Of a stretch of 64,000 nucleotides of DNA, positions 44,684 to 57,544 are shown in pieces. A program made the position numbers and the translations under genes. The DNA is taken from NCBI GenBank assembly GCA_002811645.1, contig PDIP01000004.1:124001-188000 (forward strand), given 5' to 3'. The notes below the pieces were generated by a model. The model made no database searches, was not told the DNA's origin, and was given only the letters and a program-made list of their open reading frames with translations. This DNA is from Corallochytrium limacisporum Hawaii. Lineage: Eukaryota > Protista > Pluriformea. Each line of letters starts with the position of its first letter. The stretch's first letter is position 1.

Positions 44684-46429
44684 TCACTGTTCATCAGAAT
44701 CAACAGTGCCGGCGGTCTTGGATCCACAGCAAGTGCACTTCGAATTCATCTTGTCCATCCAGTGAATGAAGTTAGAGGCCCAATTGCGAGCGGGGTACCA
44801 GGACAGGTCCTGGATCCAGCTGGGGCACTTCTCGTAGTGGTTCTTGCGCATCACATGGACGACAACGTGGACCAGGATGATGAAGACAATGGGCACAACC
44901 ACACCAACAAAGACCTCCCATCCAGCCAGAGACAGACCGAACAGAGCAGCGGGGATGAAGAGGAAGCAGGTGAGGATGTAGAACAGAGGGAACCAACGGT
45001 ACTTGGCGGACATGTCACCCAGAGCGCGAGCAGCGCCGATCGGGACCTTGCGCATGAAGGGGACGACATACCAGATGGCGATACCGAAGACGTTGAAGAA
45101 CAGGTGCACGAAAGACAGCACAAGAGCGTTGGCAATGGCGTCAGCACCGTCCTGCGACAGAGCAGCCAGCATACCAGTGAAAGTGGTACCGACGTTAGAT
45201 CCGAGGGTCATGGGGTACATCTTCTCCAGAGACAGAATACCAATGGCGACGAAGGGCACAAAGGAAGACGTGAAGACGGACGAAGACTGCAGCAGAATGG
45301 TAGCTCCAACACCGAACAGCATGAGGACGTAGCCGTGGACCCAGCCGAAGGGATGAGGGAAGTCAGCGTTGAGCAGGACACGAGTGTAGTGGGCAATGCG
45401 GCCCTTCAGCAGAGACTGCAGCACCTTGACCAGCAGGATGAGAGAGACAGTCAACATCAAGAGGGCAAGCAGAAGAGTCAGGACACCCTGGGTGACATCG
45501 TCAGACTCGGAGCAGGTAGGCTCGTAGGTTTCGGGGTCGCAGTTGGGGTCGGCTTCGCAGTCGTCTTCCAGAGACTTGATGCACTCTCCGGCCCAGTCGC
45601 ACCAGATAGATTCCTTAACCATGCACTGCTCACGAAGAGCCTCCGCCTCCTCGTCGTTCTCGGCCTGGGCAATCTCGGTGATGAGCTTCTTATTGACCTG
45701 GACAATCTTCTTGGAGACAGGATCTGTGATCTTCTTCAGGAAATCAATGTCATCGGTCTGAGTGTCGTCGGTAATGTTCAGGGAGTCGACAACGGATTCA
45801 CACATCTCACCGAGGAAGTTGGTGGCGGCCTGGATGGGCAGCAGGACGAGCACGTTCAAGAAGTTGAACATGTCGTGAACGGTGGAGCCAGCAAAGGCAC
45901 GGCGCAGCTCGTTAGCATCACCGACGTGGCCCATGGACACAATAGTGTTAGTGACAGTGGTGCCAATGTTGGCACCCATGATCATGGGGACGGCCTGCTT
46001 GGTGGTCAGGATGTCAGCACCCCGCATGGAGATAATGATAGAGGTGGAAGTGGAAGAAGACTGGACGAGCACAGTGACGAGCACACCCAACATCAAACCA
46101 GCGATGGGGTTGTCGAAGATATCGTTCTGGCGGAAGGCGGAACCGGCCGTCTTGGAACCAAGGATCTTGAAGGCATCTGACAGCAGACCGAGAGCAATAA
46201 CAAAAACGTACAAAAACCCGAGCACAAGGCCAAGCTTTATGATAGCGCCAAGAAGGCGCATGCCCTTACCCTTGGCATCGAGCTCACTCCATGGGGTACC
46301 GAGTTCGGAGTTGAAGGCAACGTTCCAAGGGTCTTCCTCCTCGATATCGTCAGCCTTCTTCTTGTCTGAATCCTCAACGGGAGCAGGGACAGCGAGGTCC
46401 ACATACTGTTCTTCAGCCTGGGGTGCCAT
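44684..46429 (-). CDS. SLC34: Sodium-dependent phosphate cotransporter NaPi-II, copy 3
   Basis: Same motifs; starts MAPQAE; intact 581 aa ORF. Confidence 0.95.
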   Translation of the reverse strand: MAPQAEEQYVDLAVPAPVEDSDKKKADDIEEEDPWNVAFNSELGTPWSELDAKGKGMRLLGAIIKLGLVLGFLYVFVIALGLLSDAFKILGSKTAGSAFRQNDIFDNPIAGLMLGVLVTVLVQSSSTSTSIIISMRGADILTTKQAVPMIMGANIGTTVTNTIVSMGHVGDANELRRAFAGSTVHDMFNFLNVLVLLPIQAATNFLGEMCESVVDSLNITDDTQTDDIDFLKKITDPVSKKIVQVNKKLITEIAQAENDEEAEALREQCMVKESIWCDWAGECIKSLEDDCEADPNCDPETYEPTCSESDDVTQGVLTLLLALLMLTVSLILLVKVLQSLLKGRIAHYTRVLLNADFPHPFGWVHGYVLMLFGVGATILLQSSSVFTSSFVPFVAIGILSLEKMYPMTLGSNVGTTFTGMLAALSQDGADAIANALVLSFVHLFFNVFGIAIWYVVPFMRKVPIGAARALGDMSAKYRWFPLFYILTCFLFIPAALFGLSLAGWEVFVGVVVPIVFIILVHVVVHVMRKNHYEKCPSWIQDLSWYPARNWASNFIHWMDKMNSKCTCCGSKTAGTVDSDEQ

Positions 46430-46588
46430 TGTGTTGTGTGTTGAGCGGTTACTTTTGCTTCTCCAAGTATGGGAATGAACCGTGAAAAGTGTTTATGAGA
46501 ACGGGAAAGCTCAATTACCCTTCCGATTGTGTCGAGCTCTGTGTCTGATTGTCTTCGTTCCATTTCCAGTTGTGTCGATTCAATGCGC

Positions 46589-46598
46589 TTAAATACCC
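46589..46598 (-). promoter_or_regulatory. Conserved GGGTATTTAA element upstream of SLC34 copy 3
   Basis: + strand TTAAATACCC about 160 bp upstream of ATG 46429. Confidence 0.65.
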
Positions 46599-49500
46599 CT
46601 TGGCACCCAATGAAACACTCCACGAGGTACTGACACCAAATATCCCCAGTACAATTCGTGCCTTGCAATAGTAGGATCTAACGGATATTCCAGTCAACGA
46701 ACCCTGGAACACTTCCACCTTTGACCCTTCCGTTAGAAACCCCCCGGTATCATTTCCGTAGCTCGGAGGCAGCACGGGTGAAGGACAAAGACGGGGGGAT
46801 ATTGTACGCCGTTGGCCCCACCCCAACCCCAACCCCCTTTCTCCCTTTACCATTTTTTCACACTCTCTCTCTTTCTCTCTCCCCCCCTTGCCCCACCGCG
46901 GCGCGGAGGCCTGACCTTTCCCCCCCTCCCACCACCACGGTGCCCTCATATGCCGTCNNNNNNNNNNNNNNNNNNNNNNNNNNNNNNNNNNNNNNNNNNN
47001 NNNNNNNNNNNNNNNNNNNNNNNNNNNNNNNNNNNCCCCCCCCCCCCCCGGGGGGGGGGCGCGGGGGACCCCCCTCCCCTCCCCTCCGCTCAAGAGATGA
47101 CGGAGACAAGTGGCTGGTGTGCAAAAAGTCCCCGGTTTTTTGGGGGGGGGGCTTTCAATAGAGACTTTATAGATACTGTTCATGAGTGGCGGGTCACCGG
47201 GGGAAGAAGCGAACGAAGACGGACGAAACATCATAACCTGGAACGAGCACGGCGGATCTTCTGCCAGCAGAAAATATTCGTTGTCATCAGCAGTGGGTGC
47301 TGGTGGCTTCTCTGCGTTTGTGGCATGCTTCATTCGCTTCGTTCCTTTCCACTTCCCCCTCTCCCCCCCTTGCCCCACCGCGGCGCGGAGGCCTGACCTT
47401 TCCCCCCCTCCCACCACCACGGTGCCCTCATATGCCGTCCTGCGGGAGCGCGCACCGTTCCACACCACCCACTGACGCAACCCATCATCTCCAGGCATTC
47501 CTTAAATGGGTTACGCTGCCGGAGATGGGCGATGTGCGCCTCTCTCTCTCTCTACTAGTACAACTTTTTTTAAAGAGTTTCAACTTTTTGGACAAGGTGA
47601 GAAGAGATAGAGACAGAAAGAGGATAACGGTGGAAATGCAAAAGCCACACCACGGCCATCTCACCCGAGCCATCAGAGATTTGGGACTTAGTGTTTCATT
47701 GGCGCGGTGTGAACTGCCGTGCCGATGTGTTGGTGTCGGTTATATGGGCTGGGTTGTAGTGGACAGCAGTCGGTCAGTTGACTTGGCCTGATATGTGTTG
47801 GCACGGGGCATGATTGACAATATGGTGTCGGTTGTTGTAAAGTGTTTGGGCGTAGCCATCTCTGTTTCTTGTTGTTGTTTTGCCGTCATCTCGACAGACC
47901 GGACAAATTGCGGTCCCGTGCGGTGTTGTACTATACACGACCCCAATTACCGCTCCCAGTCGATCCTTTGCCTGACCTTGAGTCGTTGATCTATGAACCC
48001 GATTATTCTCTTACAAGCTTTTCTTCTCTCATTCCCCACTACCCCAACGAAATTGTATTTTTGTTGTCTTGCGTGCGTGCGTGCGTGTGCGTGTGCGTGT
48101 GTGCGTGTGTGTGTGATAATCTCTGAAGGGGGGGGGGGTTGGGGGGGACATAAGGCCAAGGGATATAATGTACAANNNNNNNNNNNNNNNNNNNNNNNNN
48201 NNNNNNNNNNNNNNNNNNNNNNNNNNNNNNNNNNNNNNNNNNNNNNNNNNNNNNNNNNNNNNNNNNNNNNNNNNNNNNNNNNNNNNNNNNNNNNNNNNNN
48301 NNNNNNNNNNNNNNNNNNNNNNNNNNNNNNNNNNNNNNNNNNNNNNNNNNNNNNNNNNNNNNNNNNNNNNNNNNNNNNNNNNNNNNNNNNNNNNNNNNNN
48401 NNNNNNNNNNNNNNNNNNNNNNNNNNNNNNNNNNNNNNNNNNNNNNNNNNNNNNNNNNNNNNNNNNNNNNNNNNNNNNNNNNNNNNNNNNNNNNNNNNNN
48501 NNNNNNNNNNNNNNNNNNNNNCTCCCCCCTTCCCTTTTTTTTTTTTTACCCGCATGGTGGAGTACAGCTCATGGGATGATGGTCATGAAATACATATATT
48601 TAGTATGGTGGAATGAACCGGGGAGACTGGGTACATGCTCCAGACCTATCAGATTAATTCTTCATCGGTCCCCCAATGTGGTCCTGGTCCGACCTTCCGT
48701 GACACAGAAAGAATATTTTCTTTTTGCGGGGGTGGCCTCGTGAAAGAATAACCGTCCGAGTGCACAGAAAATTACAAAGTGGGAGCTTGATTATACCAAA
48801 CATGAGGGGAATTATGGGCACTGCGAAAGGAACACCGGGGGACAGGCCGCGGGAGGAGGAGGGGAAGAAGAAGCCGAGGAAGGAAAGAGAGAACGCAGAA
48901 GGGAAAAAAAGTAGTAATAAAACATAGACACCAAGCGGGAAAGAAATGGGGCGAATGAAAAAAAATGAGAGCGGGGGTGGGTTTCTCACCACAACCGGGC
49001 GTGTGTGTGCCATGGGGATTCCATCTTCTTCCTTTTTTATTTCCCTATGTTTTGTACCGGGATCCAAAAGGGGTTCGATGTCTTACCTGTGGGTTGTTGC
49101 TGTGTCTTTCTTACGCCTTGGTACTTGTGGGCGGCTCCTTGGGACTTGCGTGTCCTGCCCAATGACCCCTCCAACGCGTGTGGCCAGGGGAGCCAGAATT
49201 CAACAAAATGATTCTAAAATCCAGGTCATTAAGTACTGAAAGATGAGGGTGGGAAACAGTCCCTTGAATTTCACGCAATACAATGCTTCCGGTGTGATCT
49301 GGATCCAGAGGAGAAGCTCTTAGGTGTGTAGTAAGCAGTCGGTACACCACCTGATGATGATGGGCTCTTGCTTACTCAACATCATACCAGTCTCATTGTC
49401 ATGCACACCCCTGTGCATTGGCACCGGTCTGCGCAGGCTCACCTGCTACGAGTTAAGTTTGCGCCGCGTTTATCATTGCTCCCCCTTCCCCCGCGGGGAG

Positions 49501-52500
49501 GAGGAGGAGTTCCGCCTCTCTTTCTCATGCCGCTCTGGGTGTAGAGTGAGTGTTGTCCCGGCACCGCTTTAGATTCTTGTCACTCACACAACAACCGACA
49601 ACGACACCAACAACAATGACAATCACAACAAAACTATTTGCCCGCTTGTTGCCCGATTGCAGCAAAAGTGCATAGAAGTACCTGAACCCACAACACACCC
49701 AAAAGAAACAATTGGGCTAGTTTGTTCTAATCGCCATTGGGGGCCCTCACTATCCGCGGGAACGAACCGTTTTCGTGAACCAAACAAGTGCCCTTTTAGG
49801 GCCAAAACTGATCGATGGGAAGGGGGAGGACAAAAATTGGTCACAGAGCACGCCACGATAGGGGGTGGAATGGACAAGAGTAATTTGGGCGCGGCAGGTG
49901 ATCTGCAATACCCTGGGATCAGTGAATTCCCGACCGGACGGGATGGCAAGCGAACGAAGGGATTCGGAACTGCTTCTAATCCCGCAGTTCGCACAGGGCA
50001 AACCCATTGACATGCAATGCTGTGGACCTATTCGAATACGTGACCCACATCATAGCGGTATATCATCTCTCAAATGCGACGCCCCGGTTGCAGATGTTGG
50101 TGAAGTGCCCGACCGTGCGATTCCAATAGATCCCGTGCGAAGTGCTGGCGGGTCATTTTTACTGACTGAATAGTCCCAACACAATTCAATGCCGCACGCA
50201 CCTTGTGCCTGTGAAATGAGCGGAAATCGGAATCTTACATTGCAGGGGAACCAGAACAATACCGCAATGGGGAACAATGATCTAGTGTTCGAGTTCCGTG
50301 TACGAGTCTATCACCGTGCTTCTCACACCTCGAGGTACCCTAACCACCATCGCGCCCTCATCCTTACCTTTATCATCAACATGGGGTTTCAACAAGATGT
50401 CAGCAGCAATCGCCATGGCATACCAATCAAATCCGCATTTCACGTATCCTCTGTGTATTGACACATAAATGCGTGTGTTGTGTAGGGACCCAGGAAATCG
50501 TTGTCGACTCGATAATCTTGAATGACGAGAATGTCTCTACTTTCGACGACATCACCAGCCATTCCCATCATGGGCATTAATGTATTCGACGATGCCCGGT
50601 TTCCCGACCTTTTCTGTGCAAGCTTGGGGACAGTGAATTGATGACTGTTCTTTGTTGTAACAACAGCATCGTTGTCGTCCCCGGTGGACACACGATAAGT
50701 ACATAAATGAACAATCTTCTATTGTGCATGATCCCTATTGATTTGTACTTTTGCTCGACTTCCTTCAGCTGAGCGTTTCACAACCTTTCACGCAGAGACT
50801 CACCCTTCCGTCCTCATGGCGAAGATGCACTTTCCTGGCGATAAGGATGGGCACGTCCGCAAAAAAGCAGTGTACAGTTTCCTCATCATAGTATATGATA
50901 TCGTGAATGACTGAGTGCACAGATGTAAGGGGATTTGGGACCAAGGACGGGGCCCCACCATGTCGCTCTCATTCATTTGCGAACTTAGCAGGGATATACA
51001 CCCCACTATCTATCCCGGGAACGGCTGCGTGCGCGCTCCCTCGATGGCGCTTATTATGCAACCATTTGTAATTTTCAATCTATCTTTGGCCAACACAAGC
51101 ATCAGCATTTGTTCATAGCCCAAACCAAAACGAGAACATCCCGTCCCCCACGCGCCAACCGCACTGACGGGGAAGTCCGTGCAAGACATAGTAGAGGACA
51201 CCATATCTTGATAAGTGCCAGTAGGGGGGGACAACGAAGTCCGTGGCGTATCACACATTTGTGACCGGTTGGTGGTACGCATGGATCCCATACGTAACGT
51301 ATGCAGAATCTTGAAGAATGATGACCATGGTGGCAACGATATCGACCGGGGAACAACATCGTCATGATCATATTGGGGGTAATGGAGAGGTCGTCGCTCA
51401 AAGTCCACTGGAAATTGGTAGCAAAAGAAGGTAAGAAAAACGCAATTATCCTTCACTCGTACTCCTTTTGTAATTCTTTTCTTTCTTTTTTATTGCTTGG
51501 TCTCGCGAAACTTCGGCCCTTGGCCCGTCGACTTGGCTCTGCCCTCTCGGTTGCCCAGAGGTCATAGCGTAAGTATTGGATGAGCAGTACGAGTTTACGT
51601 AGTTCTGTGGCGAACCCGTAAGCAAACGGGGCGCTTGTGGGATTCGGTGACAGTTCCTTCTTCCTCCAATCGCAAGATTTTTCTTCAACCCGGTGACGCA
51701 TGAATGCATGGGGGCGGGTGAGCTCTGCGAAGTAGCGGAGAAGTATTGCAATAAAATGAGAATATGTGGGTTAGACAGTTTATTTTTTTGCCTCAATTTC
51801 ATTTCTCCCCGTCTTCGCAAGAGCAGGTGCACGGGCATGATATGGGTGTCGTGCACCAAACCCTTACTGCATTGGGTTCCAACCGCACTTCTTCGAGCCG
51901 GGGACCAGTGCTCTACTAGTTTCAGTCCCGGCTTGCAGCTTAGCTCTTTCATTTGATGGTCCTCATCTAGCAGCAGAGGATCACAGGGGTACGTCGCTCA
52001 CCATCCATCAACGGAGCCCCTAAGACAGTGTCCCAAGAAGTATGAGAGGCGAGCAAGAGTGGAGATGATGGGTATAGGATGCTCCTCGCGCGACGTTGGT
52101 TTGAAGATCGCTGTTCTTCCGTTTCTCCTTATCAGTGCGCTCTTCGTCTCTCTTCCACTATCAATCACCTTAGGTACGGCACGAAACTATTCTGTTGGCA
52201 ATCCTCTACGTTCGCGTGTAGAGAATCCTCCGATGGAGAGTCTTGTTTTGGACTACTTTGTCATGGTTGGCACTTGTTCGTGCCAAGCATAACCTTGAAG
52301 TTGAGCTGACAAACGTCATACTCCATTTACATCACGAGCTGAATCCACTTTGTCCCTTGGTGTATGTCAGTGCGTGCAGCTAGTTATCACAATAAGGACA
52401 ACGCGGACAGTGAGCAAGCAGTACCTCCACCGGTGATAAAGTATAGGGATCTCAGTGAAGAAAGAATTAGCAGATACGTACGGAACGAAGGACCACGTAG

Positions 52501-55500
52501 GTGGTCTTGTTCCTCACTGAAGCATGCAGAAGTGTGTCTTGTCCTCCGAGTGGTTCCTTTGGTCCCTTGCGACAACAAGATGGTGGTTTCTGGGATGTGC
52601 AGGCTCCTTTTGCGACAGGTAATGCGGTCACGGTAATCGGGGTGACGAAAGAAACGCTAAGCATGCTTCTTAGCAAACTCTTTCAGTTCTCCGCTTCTCC
52701 CTGGATCGCTGTACAGCGGTATGAGGTATGTGGTTGTCTGAGAAAGGGCGGAGAACGAGAGAGAGTTGGGTCAGTTTTTCTCCGTCGCCGGCTTCTTCGG
52801 GGGGTCCCGCCCTGTCGCTTCAATTTTTCTTTATATACTTTATTCTTCGGCGGAAGGGGTTCTACGGTCGTAGTTCTTAAATCCCCTGCAATCTGCACAG
52901 ACCATCTCTTGCACAACGGTTTTCCCCCTTCCCTGCTTTTGCATCTCCTGCTGTCCCTGCCTTTAGTTCAACTTCGTGGCTGTCGTTGGTGTCACTGTTC
53001 CCCGGCACAATTTCTTCTTCTACCCGTCCCTAGGCCCGACGCAGCGTCTTCCTGTCCTCTTCAGCAGCAAACCATTGACGTCTGCCCAATACACACACAA
53101 AAGTAAGGTTATTGAGCACTTGCTGGAAACCAACGTGTTATACTGCCACGCCGAAAATTTTCAAAGCCCCTTTCCTCACAGGTCGCGTGGGTTTTCACAT
53201 GAGCGGGACCCGCCGGCCCATGTGGTGCAGTGGTGTTCCTCCCCGTATAGTCCTCCCACTGAAACACGCACACTCACACTCTGCTATATATATATATATA
53301 TATGCACATGATTTACCTAATGCACCACACGGTGTCAAATGTCAAGGCATGTACGATGCACCAGACTAACTATGGCATGATGAGATTGGAAGAGTTTCCC
53401 GAAGCTTGTTTCGTTAACCTTGGGAATTCATGCCTACTTCACATAATTTGGGAAGAGGAAAAAAAAGGGGGGGGGGGGGGATATCAATCGACATTTTTGG
53501 AGTGCGACATATGGTGAAAGGCGATACAATTGATCAATGCCACATGAAGGGAAATATGCGTAGACAAAAGTGAAACGACGGGTTGCCAAAGAACCGGGGA
53601 AGCGCCAATATCTTGGAACAAAGTCACACATTGGTTAGCGCATGGGCTTGGAACAAAAGATACCGGGACGGCACGCAGTCGCATGGGGCATAGAACGAAC
53701 GGACATTGGGACAACAACCCGAGCAATCCCGTCCTAAAGATCGCTTGACAAAACCACGTAAGAAAGTCAAGGGTTCCTCCCGTGTTCTCGTATGCGTTTA
53801 ACGACGCCACGAAGGTCCTAGACAAAACGGATCCAGAGAAACATACACCGACCCGTTTCAAAGACTCCGCACCAGCCAAACAGAGTGTTTGCTTTAATTT
53901 GGCTGTGTGTCAGTGCAAAACCACATCAAATGGCCTAAAAACAGTATAGCCCCATTCCAGGTGCCGGGTAACCCGCCCCTTGGGGGGGCTTTTCAAAGTC
54001 GGAGCTCCAGTATGTAAAAGCCCCTGGCCACTTTTGCGACACGCAGTTTGGGATGTTCGCGCTCTCGGTTACACGCAACAACAATGCCCCCCCCCCCCGG
54101 GGGCGGGGAAGCCAGCCTTGACCCAACATCCTAAGATGAGAATGTTTACTGAGTGAAATAGGCCCCCTTTTCTCGTCAGAGCGTAAAGAAAGAAGAGAGG
54201 GGGGGGGGTTTATTTTTGCCCCCGCGTTCTCCTGCATTTTCTTCCTCCCGCCGATTCTAACCAAACATTCGAGATCGCAGACCTCGGAGGGCAGAGCCAG
54301 TGACAATGCGTTCAACATCGACGTGCCATCATCTGAACATCGCAACCCCATCAGAACCCTCGCACCAGTCAGTCCATGTATGGTACGAAACTGTCATACA
54401 GTCGTTGAACATACAATGTATCTAGGGTGCCCTAGGGAGGAGCAAGAATGACTACAGATTCGCGACCAGACAAGTGCGCCGGTAGGGGGACACGCAGCAG
54501 TGAAACACCGCAGTGAGAATTTCGGGCAACGTAGGCTCCTTATCCGCGAACCACACACTTTATCCATAAATCCCCATTCATTAAGTATTGAGCTTATGCA
54601 AGGGAGCGGCAGAAGCACAAAGCGGGGGCCGGACGGGGGAGGGCTTCCCTTCCCCTCCCCCACCCAACCACCCTCAGAACGTTCCACCGGTTCCGGATTC
54701 CCTTTGGTTCCCCCTCTCCTTCCCCACTCCCGGTCGTCACGGCCACTCGGAGACGGGCAGGGAAGGCGCGGGAGGTGGGGGGGGGGTGTGGGCGCCTCGG
54801 TGCGGGTATTGTTGGTGTCCATCCGCAACATCACACATGCACCGAGAAAATGGGGCAAAAGTTGACCAACCGTTTGGCTGCATGTAGGTTTAGCGTGCGC
54901 AGATTGGATCGTTTGACCGGCGTAGTGGGTTTCTTGTGCACAGCCTTTCATGGCCATTAGAAGCGCGGAGTGTTACGAGACAAGGTGACTTGCACAAGGC
55001 ACCCGAGGTGGAACGATGCAAAGGGAACCGGCGGCTTTACACGTGGATCATGCTCACTAACACACCAAGTCAATTAGGGTTTCCTGTGGGCATCACGTCC
55101 TGTGGGGGACAATTGTGTGACAATTCCTAAACGATGGTGTCCGGTGACGATGTTGTTCCTGGTGCCATCTATGGCTTTGCTCACGGCGGATATAGCGCAT
55201 CCCCGAACTCCAACCGCGACCTTAAGGAGAGAGACCTGTTTTTGTGAGGGAACCAATCATTTCATCGCTCTTCTATTCTTGGTTCTGGACCTGATGGGAG
55301 GCATGGTTATGGATCGGATCGAACCCAGATGCACAGAGGACAGTGACCTGCAAGGGAATGCGTGAGGTTTCTACACTTTCTCACACTGCGAATCCTCCCT
55401 GGAGGCACGGTGCAAGAGGACCATCTCGTGAATATACAAAAAAGGACTCCCATCCACAGACACAAAATTTGGTACCCATCGCACAGCCATGAAAGCACCA

Positions 55501-56686
55501 ACGAGGCAAAACCATGGCGGCCACTTCGTTTAAGAATAAGCCCACCTGGAATGGCGTGTACCTCGGGGTCCACTTAGTCGAATCCGTGCTTTACCTTAGA
55601 TATGCAAAGGACCCTCTTATCCATGTTCTTCGGTTGAGTGCTCTCATAACTACAGAAAGTTACTCTCTCTCTCTCTATGGACTTCCCTTGGCCATGTTGA
55701 TGGTCGTCCTAGCTAACTCGGCCAGAACCGCCGGCCATCGTCTTCTGAATCTGTAGGAAGAGTGACATAGGCAAAACGGAAACAAATCCGTGCATTGCAC
55801 CGGCACCGATATTCAGAATATCCTGGTGCTGTTTTCTGTTGTGTTCCGCCTCCAGTGTCGCTCCCGTTCAGCAACCTCACGGGGCGCCCTGCTGCAAGCA
55901 AGAACGGCGAAAGTGGGCAGCCAACGCCTCCCAATAAAATCACAACGAGGCAAATTCCTTCCTTTTTCATCCCCTTACCCAGCCGCTGAAGATACAGACA
56001 GTGAACAGTTCATCACCAACATTCCTTATAAGTAAACGTACAATTCCTTTTTGAGTAGAATGATGAGGAGAGGGCATTTTGACTTTGGGCGGGCTTGGAA
56101 TTTCTGGCTTTTTGGGACCCGGGCCTGCCCAGCGAGAGAGCGTAGTATTCGGCCGTGTGAGTTGGTAAATTCGGGGTCTGGATTCTCAGCTGCTCAGTGG
56201 AAAACCTTTGGCGGGGTAACAAGCATAGAATGGAAAAAGGGCGAAAGCGGCCCCCCCCTCCCCCCAAAAAAAAGGGAGAAAAACTTCTCACTTTTCCTCA
56301 CCGGCAGGGGGGGAGGGGTTTGAGCCCCGAAGGGCGCCAAGGCCAGGAGTCAACCCAGTGAACGCTGCGGGCAGCATGCGTTGGCATGAATAAAGCTCCC
56401 ATACTACACATAAGAGGTTGTGTGGATGTCGAACAGTCATGTTTAAATTGAATTTTAGGGAAAAAACACACGCACATGAATTACTAGTGCCAACTCGTAC
56501 AGGGATTCAGTACCATTTCTTTTGGCAAGCCCCACGGACGAAGGGGACAGATCTGATCACTGCTTGCGTGATCTGTTTCACGGATCCTCAAAATAGGCAT
56601 CACTCAGAATGAAAGGATTTGTTGACTGAAGCCTTTCATCCCCATGAGGGTCTTCTTCTATCTCCCCGTTATTTCCACGGCACTGA

Positions 56687-57544
56687 TGCCGTGGCCCCGC
56701 ATCTGATGGAGAATATAGCGTCCGAGAAGTCATCACCCACATACTACCCACCAGAGCAACTTGTAGTGTCGTCCTAGTGGTGCGTGTGCCGTGCTATGAC
56801 AACACTGACGGTGCCCATGATCTTCGTGCTTATTCCAACAAGCTGTCAACACTGCTCCGCAATCCCAATGAGACGATCGCCTCATCATCTCAAAAAACTG
56901 GCACACCCGCCGCCACCATTGGCATGGTCACCATGGTCAAGAAGGCATTCATGGCAATTAACCTACCCAAGACAAACCCTTCACTCTTCGACACCGCTAA
57001 CTGTACACCTGAGCAATACCGTGTGCCGGAACCAAAACCATGCTCTGACCTGCGCGACTCTGGTGGTTTTGTCCATGGTACTGGAAACCACCGGCCGGTT
57101 TATCCGGGCTGCCAAATTTACGATGAGGCCCGTGTCGCACTGTCTTCACTGGCTTCCCGGTTGGTAGCTTGCAGCGGCCTCGCACAAGATCAATACATCT
57201 GACGGGCACTTGTTGGATCATTCCGTATGTGGTTGGACAGCGTGTGTTTTATTTCACTCCCTGCGTCACCCTTTCATTCCAGGCAGACACCATATAGAGG
57301 TGGGTTTACCCGATCTTCATCAAAGCTCCACACTAATCTGCGGGGACCTGGCCACTATTCGATCCAGCTCCTTGCAACGCCGTCGATGCTTCAGTTGATT
57401 GCCCAGTTTAGCCCAAAATCTCTGCCCCAGGCCGCATATCACTACAATGGGAGGTCATTATGTGTGTGCCCACCGTTGCCTGATCACGGTAGGCACCACC
57501 CTGGTCACCGTACTAGCCCCCATCACTTTGATCACAATCGTTAA
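56687..57544 (+). pseudogene. Possible decayed coding sequence
   Basis: About 285 codons in one frame with a single internal TGA (57200-57202) and no good 5' ATG. Identity is uncertain. Confidence 0.25.

Noticed and set aside
28254-46180. Long antisense ORFs over the SLC34 genes (28254-29735, 44666-46180, others) and over cathepsin (6419-7675)
   Set aside because: Shadow ORFs: strong C/G-ending codon bias on the coding strand removes antisense stops. No recognisable protein.
46877-47439. About 80-bp exact repeat (46877-46957 and 47359-47439)
   Set aside because: The first copy ends at an N-gap; probable misjoin in low-complexity sequence.
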